A program made the translations under genes and the position numbers. A stretch of 64,000 bases of DNA from Trichosphaerium sp. ATCC 40318 (taxonomy: Eukaryota > Protista > Tubulinea). Location: contig JALMLS010000378.1 in NCBI GenBank assembly GCA_038496445.1, forward strand, positions 124,001 to 188,000, in the 5' to 3' direction. Shown here piece by piece: positions 63,041 to 64,000 of the stretch (positions are counted from its first letter, which is position 1; each line of letters begins with the position of its first letter). The notes below the pieces were generated by a model. The model was not told where the DNA came from. It searched no databases and saw nothing but the letters and a program-made list of their open reading frames with translations.

Positions 63041-64000
63041 ACATTCTTGGGCTTCCGCCTTCGAATGCCATTTTTGCTAGATCAATGTCATAGCTGGATA
63101 TCATTATGATATTTGATACGCCTGTAGGTGGGTAGTAGAGGTCTTCTACCTGTGGGTCCCAAGTCAGAGCGTATGTGTAGTCTGGGTTGGTATTAACCAG
63201 GATGCTTTTAGGGACTGTGACCGTGACTTTAATCACTAGTGGTCTGCCCAGGAGAGAATCGTATTTTTTACGAGCGTACTTTCGCACTGCTCGGAGTAGT
63301 CTTGACATGTCAAGCAGAAGTATAGATATTGTAGTTTTAGTATTCGTATGCTTCCACTAGATAAAAAATCGAATTTGCTTTTAACCAAGTAATTTTGTGC
63401 AATAAAAAAATTGTGGTTTGCTACAGTTTTCTTAAAAACCGTTCCAATGCGTTGTACACACTCATCTAAGCATATTGTTATGAATTTATAGCTGATATAC
63501 GGATTTCGATGTTGGGTTTTGAGATGTGGAGTTATGAAGTAAATCGGGATTGTCTTGTTGAGAAACAAATGTGAAAAAAAGTGAAATTCAAAAAAAGACA
63601 TAAATGCAACTTACACTGGTGTATGCGTTTCGCGTGGTGTCTTCCAGGCGTATTATGAAGCTCATCTATGTTTGCAATGGAAATTAATTCACTAAAAATC
63701 CGAAGAACTCAGAATTTGTGTGATCAAACATGTAGTAACTTGAGGTAAGTTATTAGCGTAGATTAAGACGTTTCCGAGTTGTTTTGATCCAAAAAAGCTT
63801 GATCTTTCTGTTATTGCTTCCTTCAAGCACTTATTGCTAAAAACACGCCTTGGATTTTATAACGTAACAAAATATAGCGTTGGTGACGTTTTGAATTGGT
63901 TTCCTGCCTTTTCGGTTTCAAAAAAACGTGATCGTACCGTTAATTTCTTTTCACTTTGCTCCTTGAAAGTACTATGAGAGGTGGTTTCCTTGCTGTTGAT

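Overview
This is AT-rich eukaryotic nuclear DNA, gene-dense, with many short spliceosomal introns. Donors are mostly GTACG/GTATG/GTAAG/GTGCG, and a few are GCACG. Gene content and intron style suggest a free-living protist, plausibly an amoebozoan (inference). The ORF track fragments most genes, so I rebuilt them by joining exons by eye. Host genes found: F-box/LRR protein, Nup35/53, F-box protein, WD40 protein, a small SMIM4/UQCC5-like protein head-to-head with mitoribosomal mL46, CD36/LIMP-II, a molybdo-flavoenzyme with aldehyde-oxidase-type active-site changes, a protein with a formin-GBD-like fragment, a UBA-like plus NYN/PIN nuclease, a 4-TM protein, a PH + peroxiredoxin-like(CxxC) + RapGAP fusion, a BRCT-WGR PARP, an F-box-RasGEF, a two-lobed retropepsin-like protease, an F-box-MORN protein, paraoxonase, OCA2/P protein, UFD1 and a disrupted DUF4397 gene. 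A Ty3/gypsy LTR retrotransposon (29240-37464, 142-bp LTRs) carries a nested 913-bp TIR element with a 2-bp TSD. The most notable points are the candidate redox-regulated RapGAP, the nested TIR element, strong CACGTG enrichment and mirrored intron positions in the protease. Exon boundaries are manual calls, and some frameshifts may be homopolymer assembly errors.
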